Below are positions 29,257-38,340 of a DNA stretch of 64,000 bases, in pieces (the first letter of the stretch is position 1; the number at the start of each line of letters is the position of its first letter). The notes under the pieces were generated by a model that was not told the origin of the DNA, did not search any database, and worked only from the letters and a program-made list of their open reading frames with translations. Source of the DNA: Gemmatimonadota bacterium. GTDB taxonomy: Bacteria > Gemmatimonadota > Gemmatimonadetes > Palauibacterales > Palauibacteraceae. The position numbers and the translations under genes were made by a program. The DNA lies in the NCBI GenBank assembly GCA_039588275.1, contig JBDHAC010000024.1, positions 26,626 through 90,625 of the forward strand. The letters run 5' to 3'.

Positions 29257-30201
29257 TCAACCCGGGACCGTGCCGCGGCGGGCCCTGAACCATGCCGCCA
29301 GGTCTATGGGATAATCCCCCGCGGCGACCGCCTCGTTGACGCCGGACGCCACCTCTTCGCGGTCTTCGGGGAACGTGAGCGCCAGGCCGCTATCCTCCGT
29401 CGGAATGACCCGCACGCGGACCCGCCGGGATTCGACCAGCCCGCCCACGGCGCTGCTCAGTAGAAACTCGTCCGCGATCGGATCGTCCGTTTCCGCGTGA
29501 AAGCGCTCGAAGCGGTGCCACAACGGCTCGAAGATCGAAGGTTGGAAAGCCCACAGGTTCATGGAGGCGAGCTCGTCACCCGTCAACAGGCACGGGCTCC
29601 CGTCCTCCTGCAATCCGGCGATGGCCGAGCCCTCGTGCCGAATCTCGCGCACCTCCTCGATCGACTCGGCGAAGCCGGACTTGTCACACCGGCAGATGCC
29701 GCGGTTCGCTCCCCCCGACGTGGGCAGGAGGGTGTCCTTCAATCGGTACCCGATGACGAAATGAGAGGGATCGCCGGTCGTGAGGGCATCCCGAACGCGC
29801 CGCGCCAGACGCCCGATCGATCGTGGACCGTAGAAATCGTCCGCGTTACAGACGATGAACGGCTCCCGCACCAGGCGTCGGAGCGTCAGGACGGCGTGAC
29901 CGGTGCCCCAGGGCTTGGTCCTCCCGGCGGGAACTCGGAAGCCCGCAGGGAGATCACCGGTATCCTGGATCACGAACTCGACGCGGAGCGCGTCGCCGAG
30001 TCGGCCCGCGACGTGGGCTCTAAGCCGAGGCTCCAGATCGGGCCGCGTGACGAACACGACGCGGTGGCATCCCGCCCGGACGGCGTCGTGTACCGCGTAC
30101 TCGAACAGCGCCTCGTCGCTCGGGCCGATGGGCTCCAGTTGCTTGAGCCGCCCGAACCGGCTCGCGCGACCGGCCGCCAACACCACGAACGAAAGGAGCA
30201 T
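29257..30201 (-). CDS. Sugar-phosphate nucleotidyltransferase
   Basis: VLAAGRASRFGRLKQ; KPWGTGHAVL; NADDFYG; SMNLW. Confidence 0.85.
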   Translation of the reverse strand: MLLSFVVLAAGRASRFGRLKQLEPIGPSDEALFEYAVHDAVRAGCHRVVFVTRPDLEPRLRAHVAGRLGDALRVEFVIQDTGDLPAGFRVPAGRTKPWGTGHAVLTLRRLVREPFIVCNADDFYGPRSIGRLARRVRDALTTGDPSHFVIGYRLKDTLLPTSGGANRGICRCDKSGFAESIEEVREIRHEGSAIAGLQEDGSPCLLTGDELASMNLWAFQPSIFEPLWHRFERFHAETDDPIADEFLLSSAVGGLVESRRVRVRVIPTEDSGLALTFPEDREEVASGVNEAVAAGDYPIDLAAWFRARRGTVPG

Positions 30202-30247
30202 CGGCCCATTGTACCGCAGGGCCCCAAAAGCGGATAGCTTCGCGTCC
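30202..30247. promoter_or_regulatory. Back-to-back -10 elements, probable bidirectional leaderless promoter
   Basis: Minus: TACAAT (30213-30208) + 6 nt + ATG. Plus: TAGCTT (30235-30240) + 7 nt + ATG. No SD on either side. Confidence 0.5.
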
Positions 30248-31537
30248 ATGCTGGATCGCTACTTCGGGCTCTCCGAGCACGCGACCGACGCGCGGACGGA
30301 GGTGATCGCCGGGATCACCACGTTCCTCACCATGGCGTACATCCTGTTCGTCAACCCGCTCATTCTCGCCGATGCGGGGATGGACCGTGGCGCCGTCTTC
30401 GTCGCGACCTGCGTGGCCTCCGCGTTCGGTACGCTGATCATGGGCCTGTACGCCAACTACCCGATCGCGCTCGCCCCGGGGATGGCCCTGAACGCGTTCT
30501 TCGCCTACACGGTCGTGGGCTCCATGGGGTACAGCTGGCCGACGGCGCTCGGAGCCGTCTTCATGTCGGGCATCCTGTTCACAGCGCTCAGCCTGCTCCG
30601 CGTCAGGGAGCAGGTGGTTCGAGCCATCCCCGTGACGATGAAGCGCGCCATATCGGCGGGGATCGGACTCTTCTTGGGACTGATCGCCCTGCAGAGCGCG
30701 GGCTTGGTGACTGGCGACCCGACGACGCTCGTGACCCTCGGTGATGTGCGCCGACCGGAACCGCTGCTCGCGGCGCTCGGATTCGCGCTCATCGTGGCCC
30801 TCACCCACCGCGGTGTACTCGGGGCCATAATCATCGGAATCCTCGCCGTCGCATTGCTGGGCCTCCCGTTCGGGCTCGCGACCTTCTCCGGCGTGGTCGC
30901 GGTGCCGCCCGATCCGCGCCCGACGCTGCTGGCGCTCGACATCGCCGGCGCGCTGGACGTGGGGTTCGTGACCGTGATCTTCACGTTCCTGTTCGTCGAT
31001 CTGTTCGATACGACGGGCACCCTCGTGGGCGTGGCTCACCGTGCGGGGATGCTGGACGAGGACGGCCACCTGCCGAGGTTGAACCGGGCACTCCTCGCGG
31101 ACAGCACCGCGACCGTAGCGGGCTCCATGCTCGGAACGTCCACGGTGACGAGCTACATCGAGAGCGCGGCGGGCACCAACGTGGGAGGGCGCACGGGTCT
31201 GACCGCGGTGGTGGTGGCAGCCCTGTTCCTGCTGTCGCTGTTCCTCGCGCCGTTGGCCGGCATGATCCCCGCATACGCGACCGCTTCGGCGCTCTTCTTC
31301 GTGGCCTGCCTGATGGCGAGAGGGCTGTCGGAGCTCGATTGGGACGACCCGACCGAGTACGCGCCAGCCGTGATCGCCGCGATCGCGATGCCGCTCACGT
31401 ATTCGATCGCCACGGGAATCGGTTTCGGCTTCGTCGGGTATGTGGCCGTGAAGACGTTGGCCGGCCGGTGGGGCGACCTGCGCTTCGCGACGGTGGCGAT
31501 CGCGCTTCTCTTCATCCTGAAGTTCGCGATCGCATGA
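30248..31537 (+). CDS. NCS2/AzgA-family purine permease
   Basis: EVIAGITTFLTMAYILFVNP; PIALAPGM; DLFDTTGTL; YIESAAG..GGRTGLTA. Confidence 0.93.
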   Translation: MLDRYFGLSEHATDARTEVIAGITTFLTMAYILFVNPLILADAGMDRGAVFVATCVASAFGTLIMGLYANYPIALAPGMALNAFFAYTVVGSMGYSWPTALGAVFMSGILFTALSLLRVREQVVRAIPVTMKRAISAGIGLFLGLIALQSAGLVTGDPTTLVTLGDVRRPEPLLAALGFALIVALTHRGVLGAIIIGILAVALLGLPFGLATFSGVVAVPPDPRPTLLALDIAGALDVGFVTVIFTFLFVDLFDTTGTLVGVAHRAGMLDEDGHLPRLNRALLADSTATVAGSMLGTSTVTSYIESAAGTNVGGRTGLTAVVVAALFLLSLFLAPLAGMIPAYATASALFFVACLMARGLSELDWDDPTEYAPAVIAAIAMPLTYSIATGIGFGFVGYVAVKTLAGRWGDLRFATVAIALLFILKFAIA

Positions 31538-31615
31538 CGCGGTGAGCGAGCCGAGCGTGTGGGCGGCGCCCGGGCCGCCCACGCCCGCATAGGCCCGAAC
31601 GCGAGGAGGCACGCG

Positions 31616-33316
31616 ATGCCGGGGAGGAGGGACGGACGATTCGGGTCCCCGCTACGCTGCGGCGTCTTGGGACTCGTCTTGCTCGTTTCCCCTGAACCGG
31701 GGCGGCTTGCCGCCTCGACGGGGTCGTCGATCGAGCCCCGCGAGTCACCCCGCGCGTCTGTTTCGGTCACGGTCGCGCAGGCTGGCCAGCGGGATACCAT
31801 CCCACGCGTTACCGGGTTCATACTCGACGGAGAGCTGGGGGAGTGGCGTTCGCGCCCGACGGACCAGGTGCTCCCCGCCACCCCGACGACGCCGCAGACG
31901 CTCGTCTGGATTGCCCAGGTTGACGGGGGCCTGGCAGTCGCCGCGGAGATCCGGACGACCGGAGCCCCGAATCTCCAGAACCCCCGGCTCTCGATCTGGC
32001 TCGCGGACGCCGGGCCACCCGCTCTGCCTCCGATCGGTTGGGGCCACCAGTTCGGCTTCGAGACGCTCGCGAGCGAGGCCGAGTGCGAGACCGTGGACTG
32101 GGGTGAGGAGCTGCGAGCGTTCTGCGCGGAGTGGTTCCGCGAACAGGTCGAGCACCGGTCCCGACTGGCGCCCCTGTTCGAGCGACGCTGGGTGGTGTCC
32201 GCGACGGCGCCCGAAGTGCCCGCGGAGACGCTGGCACGCCCCGCGTTCGAAGCGCTGGCGCCCGAGGTGCGCTCGAGGCTCGGACCTCTGGAGCCGGCGG
32301 CGGAGCCGGACGCACAACCGGATGCGCGCGCTCGGTCCGTGGCCGGGACGCCGGGTGCCCTGGGGCTCGAGGTGCTCGTCCCGTGGACTGCGTTCCCGCC
32401 CGTGAAAGCGCTCGACTTCACAGCCATGCGGGTGCGCGTGGGCCTGGTCGGACGCGACGCGGGTCCCGAAGCTGCCGGCGCTGGCGTTGCGGTTCCGGAA
32501 GATCTGCCCCCGCGGCGCCTGACCGCCCCGATCGAACACCGACTCACTCCGTGCGGCTACGGCCTGGGCCAGATCGCGATCTTCAGCGAGCCGCATGTCG
32601 GAGTCCGTCTTCCTTCGGAGCAGGCCGGTCTGTACATGATCCCCGAAGCGTCAGGAGATCTGCGCCGCCTCATCGTGATCGACAACGAAGCCGCCGGCTA
32701 CCAGTACGAGCCCGACTCCGCCTCGATCTCGCCCGCCGCGTTCGCGGCCGAGTACTCCGCGCTGGAGCTGGGCGATGGTGAGGTCCTGTGCGGGCCCTTC
32801 CTCGCACACAAGCGTGGGGAGCGCGTCTCGGAGACCGTCGAGGGCACGCTCTCGGGGGAGGAGAGCCCATGGCCCTTTCTCATAGATGCTCGACACATGG
32901 AAACCCGCCGACTGGCGGATGGTGATTGGCTCGTGAAGGAGGGCCCCCGCGTCTGGTGGAGCTACTACGGGTCGGGGCAGTGCGGGGCCTGCCCGCGCGT
33001 CGGCGTCCGGATACACCACGTCGATGCGGAGACGGGCGCCGTGACGGAGACTCTCGGATTCACCCAGCTGGCCGGGAGCGGCGTGCAGGATGTGGAGATC
33101 GAAGTGTCGGAAGACTGGCGCGAGGTCATCGCATACGAATCGATCACCGACTGGGAGGAGGAAACTCCCGAGAGCCACTGGAGAGCGACGCGGTACTGCT
33201 TCCGGGATGCGGAAGCCGGCCAGCGCCCGCGCTACGATGTTTGCGGGGAGGAGGAACCGGTTCCCGAGCCGCCCAAGCGACTGCGGTTGGAATACGAGGC
33301 GTACTTTGACCCGTAG
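31616..33316 (+). CDS. Secreted hypothetical protein with CBM9/DOMON-like N-terminal part and Cys-containing C-terminus
   Basis: GAGGAGG RBS; hydrophobic signal; LDGELGEW and LEVLVPW motifs; GQCGACP. Confidence 0.65.
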   Translation: MPGRRDGRFGSPLRCGVLGLVLLVSPEPGRLAASTGSSIEPRESPRASVSVTVAQAGQRDTIPRVTGFILDGELGEWRSRPTDQVLPATPTTPQTLVWIAQVDGGLAVAAEIRTTGAPNLQNPRLSIWLADAGPPALPPIGWGHQFGFETLASEAECETVDWGEELRAFCAEWFREQVEHRSRLAPLFERRWVVSATAPEVPAETLARPAFEALAPEVRSRLGPLEPAAEPDAQPDARARSVAGTPGALGLEVLVPWTAFPPVKALDFTAMRVRVGLVGRDAGPEAAGAGVAVPEDLPPRRLTAPIEHRLTPCGYGLGQIAIFSEPHVGVRLPSEQAGLYMIPEASGDLRRLIVIDNEAAGYQYEPDSASISPAAFAAEYSALELGDGEVLCGPFLAHKRGERVSETVEGTLSGEESPWPFLIDARHMETRRLADGDWLVKEGPRVWWSYYGSGQCGACPRVGVRIHHVDAETGAVTETLGFTQLAGSGVQDVEIEVSEDWREVIAYESITDWEEETPESHWRATRYCFRDAEAGQRPRYDVCGEEEPVPEPPKRLRLEYEAYFDP

Positions 33317-33410
33317 GTACGCGTCGCACGGATGTGCGTCGGGCCGGGTGAGGCGGCATGCAGGTGACAACCGCCGGGGCGTCGGCTAGGTGCCGGACGC
33401 CGTGCTCGCC

Positions 33411-34916
33411 TCAGCCGCCGCTCCCCATGATCGGCCGGCCCGGGTAAACGCCATCGACGACCTCGCCGTCACGCACGACGAATGTTCCCTCGACCAACAC
33501 GTGGTGGATTCCCTCTGACGGCGCTTCCGGCTGTTCGTAGGTCGCCCGGTCGATCACGGTCTGCGGGTCGAAGATCGTGAGATCGGCATCCGCACCGAGT
33601 TGTACACGGCCCTTACGACGCATGGCCGATGCGACCGTCTCGACTCGACGAGCGGGGAGGAGAGTCATCTTCGCGAGCGCCTCCATCAACGTCAGAGCCC
33701 CGCGCTCACGCACGTAGTGACCGAGCACACGCGCGTAAGTGCCCGCGCCCCGGGGGTGCACCGCCACGTATAAAAACGGGATCCCATCGCTGGCGATCAT
33801 TACATCCGGCTGCGCCACGATCCACTCGTTCATCTCCTCGTTGCGACCGTGGATCACGACCCAGCCACCCCGCTGCCGGTACTCCTGGAAGGTCCGTGCA
33901 GTCAGCCGCTCGCCGGTGCCGGGCCACTCCAGACGTTGGTAGTCGTCATCGTCGAGCCCCTCCCATGAATCGAACAGGGCGGATTCGATATACGTGGAGC
34001 TCGCGGTGTAGGGATACGCCTCGGTGGTGACATCGACACCTCGCTCGGTGGCGCCCCGAATCATCTCCAACGTCGTCCGCGCCATCTCATCGGCACTGCT
34101 ATTCATATGAACGATATGCACCGACGCGCCCGTGGCGGCCGCATCCGCGATTACCTCTTGGAAGGCACCGAGCGTCCCCCCCGAGTTCTCACCCCGCAGG
34201 TGCACGTAGGCCGGCGCTTCTCGTGCGGCTGCAAGCTGGAAAAGGCGGTAGATCTCCGTTCGCGATGCTCCGGGCGTGTACGTGATCCCGAATCCGAGTC
34301 CGAGCCCCCCTTCGTCCAACCCCTGCGCGATCAGCCCGGATAGCTCCAGGACCCGCCCTTCGTCCAGCTCCTCGTAGATGAGGTCCGACCCGAACGGGTT
34401 GTCGGCGGTCGGTGGCATCGTGGGGGTGTGGCCGACGTCGATGCCGGCGAGGAGCTTCATCCGCGCACCAGGATGGCTGACGGTCGCACCGTAATGGATG
34501 AGCGCCTTTCCCTCGCGCGACTCGAGCCATTCGGCCACGGGCCAAACACCGACTTCCATTTCGAGCGCGGTCGTAACGCCGTCCAGCGCCTGCAGACGGC
34601 CGCTCACGGAGTCCTGCCCGTGCGCGTGCAAATCGATGAAGCCCGGCGCGACTACGAGCCCGCTGGCGTCGAGCGTGTCCGAGGCGGTGAGAGGTCCCTC
34701 GCTGATGGCTGCGACCCGACCCGAGCTGATTCCCACGTTTCGCACCGCATCCAGACCCGTCTCAGGGTCCATCACGCGACCCGCTGCAATCACCAGGTCC
34801 AGCTCGGCGGTCGACGAGTCGGGAGGGGAGTCTGACTGGCAGGCCCAGAAAGACAGGATGCCGCTGCCCGCGACCAGGAGCCCGAACAGGGTGCCCAGGT
34901 GGCTCCGTGCCCTCAT
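33411..34916 (-). CDS. Amidohydrolase, N-acyl-D-amino-acid/D-glutamate deacylase-like lipoprotein
   Basis: Lipobox FWAC; APGFIDLHAH; HPRGAGTYARVL; GADADLTIFD. Confidence 0.88.
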   Translation of the reverse strand: MRARSHLGTLFGLLVAGSGILSFWACQSDSPPDSSTAELDLVIAAGRVMDPETGLDAVRNVGISSGRVAAISEGPLTASDTLDASGLVVAPGFIDLHAHGQDSVSGRLQALDGVTTALEMEVGVWPVAEWLESREGKALIHYGATVSHPGARMKLLAGIDVGHTPTMPPTADNPFGSDLIYEELDEGRVLELSGLIAQGLDEGGLGLGFGITYTPGASRTEIYRLFQLAAAREAPAYVHLRGENSGGTLGAFQEVIADAAATGASVHIVHMNSSADEMARTTLEMIRGATERGVDVTTEAYPYTASSTYIESALFDSWEGLDDDDYQRLEWPGTGERLTARTFQEYRQRGGWVVIHGRNEEMNEWIVAQPDVMIASDGIPFLYVAVHPRGAGTYARVLGHYVRERGALTLMEALAKMTLLPARRVETVASAMRRKGRVQLGADADLTIFDPQTVIDRATYEQPEAPSEGIHHVLVEGTFVVRDGEVVDGVYPGRPIMGSGG

Positions 34917-36262
34917 GACCAGCCCCACCCATCGCGGAACGTCGGGCGGATGTACTCTTCGGGGATCGACGCGTTCGTGACCTGCCCGGTCGAAGGGTCC
35001 AGCTGCAACGCGCGAGCGCTACGCACCGCCAGGTTGCCCAGCAGCACCATCTCGGAGAGGGGTCCCGCATGCTCGGCGAAGCTGGAGCCGGCGGGGGCGC
35101 CGCCCTTGCACGCCACGACGAACTCGTCGTACACGCCGTCGATCCGCGGGTACTTCTCGGCCGGCGGGTTCGCGCGGATCTCGGCGTCCCGGGCCTCGTC
35201 GAGTAGCTTTGGGTCCTCCCCATAGGTCCCTGCCATCAGCTTTCCATCGTCGCCGATCCACAGCTGTCCCCCGCTGGGTTCGATCGGCCAGCGCTGTCCG
35301 TCTCCGATCTCCTGCGGCTTCGGCGGCGACAGGTTGCCGTCCCGCCACACGACCTTGACCGGCCCGCGCCCGCCCTTCACCGGGAATTCGTATTCGATGC
35401 GCGATGCGGCCGGGGCCGTCTCGTCGAATAGCGTGGTCGATTCCGCCACAATTCGGGTCGGGAAGCCCAGGTCGAGCGTCCAGAACGCGGCGTCCATCGA
35501 GTGGCAGGCGATGTCGCCCAACGCGCCGGTGCCGTAGTCCCACCATCCGCGCCATCGGAAGGGGGCATAGGCCGGGTGATACGGCCGTTCCGGTACGGGG
35601 CCCAGCCACAGGTCCCAATCCAGCCAGGGGGGCACGTGGTGCACCTCGGTCGGCCGGTCGATCGCCTGCGGCCAGATGGGCCTGTTCGTCCAGTACTGGA
35701 TCTCGCGCACGGTGCCGATGGCGCCCGCTTCCACCCACTCCCGGATCTGACGCGTGCCCTCTCCGGCGTGTCCCTGGTTGCCCATCTGTGTGGCAACGCC
35801 CGTTTCACGCGCGACCCGCATCAGCTCGCGGACCTCCCACAACGAGCGCGCGAGGGGTTTCTGGATCCGGCAGTGCAGCCCCAGCCGCATGGCCATCACG
35901 CCCGCGACGGCGTGGGTGTGATCCGGTGTGGAGACGATCACCGCATCGAGGTTCGCGCTCTCCCGTTCCAGCATGACGCGGAAGTCCTTGTAGCGCTTCG
36001 CGGCCGGGAACGACCCGAACGCAGCCTGCGCCCGTCGGTCATCGACATCGCACAGCGCATAGATGTTCCCGCCGGCCCCGGCGATGCCCCGCACATCGTT
36101 CCGACCCATCCCTCCGACGCCGATGCAGCCGACGTTCACCGTGTCGCTCGGCGCGCGGTAGCCCTGCCCCCCGAGGACATGACGCGGCACGATGACGAGC
36201 CCGGCGCCGGCGGCGCCGGCGGCTCTGACGAACGTCCGTCGAGCGATGGCGTGGGGCTTCAT
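34913..36262 (-). CDS. Gfo/Idh/MocA oxidoreductase, Tat signal
   Basis: ARRTFVR; IGVGGMG; STPDHTH; QKPL; WDLWLGP; GALGDIACH. Confidence 0.9.
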   Translation of the reverse strand: MKPHAIARRTFVRAAGAAGAGLVIVPRHVLGGQGYRAPSDTVNVGCIGVGGMGRNDVRGIAGAGGNIYALCDVDDRRAQAAFGSFPAAKRYKDFRVMLERESANLDAVIVSTPDHTHAVAGVMAMRLGLHCRIQKPLARSLWEVRELMRVARETGVATQMGNQGHAGEGTRQIREWVEAGAIGTVREIQYWTNRPIWPQAIDRPTEVHHVPPWLDWDLWLGPVPERPYHPAYAPFRWRGWWDYGTGALGDIACHSMDAAFWTLDLGFPTRIVAESTTLFDETAPAASRIEYEFPVKGGRGPVKVVWRDGNLSPPKPQEIGDGQRWPIEPSGGQLWIGDDGKLMAGTYGEDPKLLDEARDAEIRANPPAEKYPRIDGVYDEFVVACKGGAPAGSSFAEHAGPLSEMVLLGNLAVRSARALQLDPSTGQVTNASIPEEYIRPTFRDGWGWS

Positions 36263-36487
36263 GGCGAGCTCTCCTGTGGGTTCCTGACAGGCCGCTGCAA
36301 GACTCGAGTGGGCCACCCTATGAAGGGAGACGCCGCTCACGGCGGCGGCTCCGGAAGTATGAATCTCGTCATCGCGGCGCGCCAGACGCCGGGCGGACGA
36401 TGGCGCCTTGCGGCCGGCGGACCGCCTGCTTCGGTTTGCAGCGAGCCGCGGCACTCGAGGTCGGTCCATTCTCATGAGGAGAGCAGA

Positions 36488-37540
36488 ATGACAGGAGCCA
36501 GAAGCTCCACGTCCGCCGGCGACCTGACCCTGGCGGATATAGCGGAGCGAATCGGGGGCGTCGTCCAGGGGGAGCCGGAGCTGAGGATCCGCGGCGTGGC
36601 CCCGGTGCGTGACGCCGGGCCGGACCAGCTGGGTCTCCTCGCGGCGCGCCGGTACGTCAGATTCGTCGAAGATTCGCGCGCGGGCGCCCTGTTGGTCTCA
36701 TCGGACTTGGCCGAGACGGTGCCCGCCGACAGGTCGTGCGTCATCGTGCAGGACCCCCATCGGGCGCTGCCGAGCTTGCTCGAACATTTCCACCCACCCT
36801 CCGGGCGGCGGCCCGGGATCCACCCGACCGCGATCGTGGGGTCCGGTGTGTCGCTGGGAGAACGCGTGCGGATCGGCGCCTACGCGGTGATCGAGGACCA
36901 CGCGCGAATCGGTGACGACGTGGCGATTGGCGCCCATTCCTGTGTCGGGCCGGATGTGTCCATCGGCGACCGGACCGTGCTTTACCCGCACGTGGTCCTC
37001 TACGCGGGGGTTACGGTTGGAGCCGATGTCATCCTCCACGCCGGCGTTCGTCTCGGTGTGGATGGGTTCGGCTACGTCACGGTCGACGAGCGACACCGGA
37101 AGATCCCGCAGGTGGGAGGGTGCGTCATCGAGGACGACGTCGAGATCGGCGCGAACGCGTGCGTCGACCGGGGCTCGATCGGCGATACGAGAATCGGGGA
37201 GGGCACCAAGCTCGACAACCTCGTCCACATCGCCCACAACGTGCAGCTCGGCGAGCTGTGTCTGTTCGCAGCGGGGGTGGGGATCGCGGGCTCGACCCGG
37301 ATGGGGAAGGGTGTGGTGTTCGGGGGCCACGCGGGCGCGATCGATCACATCGAGATCGGAGACGGTGCGAGCGCCGCCGCCAAGGCGGCCGTCACGCAGG
37401 ATGTCGAGCCGGGCGAGATCGTGATGGGGAATCCCGCACGCCCCCGGCGCGAGTTCCTTCGCGCGCACGCTGCCGTCTATCGTCTGCCCGATCTGGTCAG
37501 GCGGTGGCGGAAGGGAGAGAAGGGCGCCGCGGGCGAGTAG
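36488..37540 (+). CDS. lpxD: UDP-3-O-(3-hydroxyacyl)glucosamine N-acyltransferase
   Basis: Hexapeptide repeats; DGFGY, KIPQVG, EIGAN..VDRG, KLDNLVHIAHNV. Confidence 0.93.
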   Translation: MTGARSSTSAGDLTLADIAERIGGVVQGEPELRIRGVAPVRDAGPDQLGLLAARRYVRFVEDSRAGALLVSSDLAETVPADRSCVIVQDPHRALPSLLEHFHPPSGRRPGIHPTAIVGSGVSLGERVRIGAYAVIEDHARIGDDVAIGAHSCVGPDVSIGDRTVLYPHVVLYAGVTVGADVILHAGVRLGVDGFGYVTVDERHRKIPQVGGCVIEDDVEIGANACVDRGSIGDTRIGEGTKLDNLVHIAHNVQLGELCLFAAGVGIAGSTRMGKGVVFGGHAGAIDHIEIGDGASAAAKAAVTQDVEPGEIVMGNPARPRREFLRAHAAVYRLPDLVRRWRKGEKGAAGE

Positions 37541-37587
37541 ATGGCTGTCGCCCGCGTCCTACGCCGCTGCGGGGTCGCGAAGAGCGG

Positions 37588-38340
37588 TCAGATCAGCCCC
37601 AGGCGCTCGAGCACTTCCCGCGGTGGGCCGTCGAATCGCGACATGGGCAGATTTCCAACATACCCGAGATCCGCCATCCCCTCCTGGGTCGTGTAGAAGG
37701 CGGTCGCCGTCAGATCGCGGATCTTGTCGAAGAAACGGGCGGCGGCGCGGTGCTCGGGGAGCGCCCGAGGCCGATACGCGATGTCATCGCAGATGGCCTG
37801 CTTCTCCGCGAGCGCCAGATCCGCGAACTCTCTCCCGAATCGGCTGCCGGCCTCGACATTCAGCCATGTGATCCCGCCCCGCACCAGCACGAGATCCGTC
37901 TGGTTGCCCTCGTACGGCGCGCTCACCCATTCGTTCACGAATTCGTGCGCGCCCACGGCGCTCGCGTTGGGGGAGCCCTCGTCTTCGGGGATGATCACAT
38001 CGCACAGGGCTGCCACCGTGCGAAGCTCCTCCTCGCTGAGGATGCCATCCCACGGCACGGCTGGGCTGATCAGGTCCGGATCGGAGGGAGTCCCCGCGGC
38101 GAGTGGGTTCCCGACCTGCTGAGGTGCGGCCCGCGGCTCGGCACCCGGCGCGCCCGGCTGGCCGGCCTCCTCCAGCGATTCCAACACCGGCTCGGGCGGC
38201 ACACAACCGGCGGCCGGTAGCGCGGCGGCCCCCGCCGCCCCCGCGGCGATCACCTTGAGCGCGCTGCGACGCGTGAGGCTCTCTCCTTCCGCGGCCGCAT
38301 CGGCCGGCACTTCCGGCCCGCGCTTCGGGTGTTCGTCCAT
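37588..38340 (-). CDS. Gluconate 2-dehydrogenase subunit 3 family protein (Tat)
   Basis: TRRSALK; LCDVIIP; FFDKIRDLTATAFYTT..G..DLGYVGN; directly downstream of the GMC gene. Confidence 0.85.
   Translation of the reverse strand: MDEHPKRGPEVPADAAAEGESLTRRSALKVIAAGAAGAAALPAAGCVPPEPVLESLEEAGQPGAPGAEPRAAPQQVGNPLAAGTPSDPDLISPAVPWDGILSEEELRTVAALCDVIIPEDEGSPNASAVGAHEFVNEWVSAPYEGNQTDLVLVRGGITWLNVEAGSRFGREFADLALAEKQAICDDIAYRPRALPEHRAAARFFDKIRDLTATAFYTTQEGMADLGYVGNLPMSRFDGPPREVLERLGLI

Noticed and set aside
30202..30247. Purine riboswitch before the NCS2 permease
   Set aside because: Only 46 bp separate the divergent start codons.
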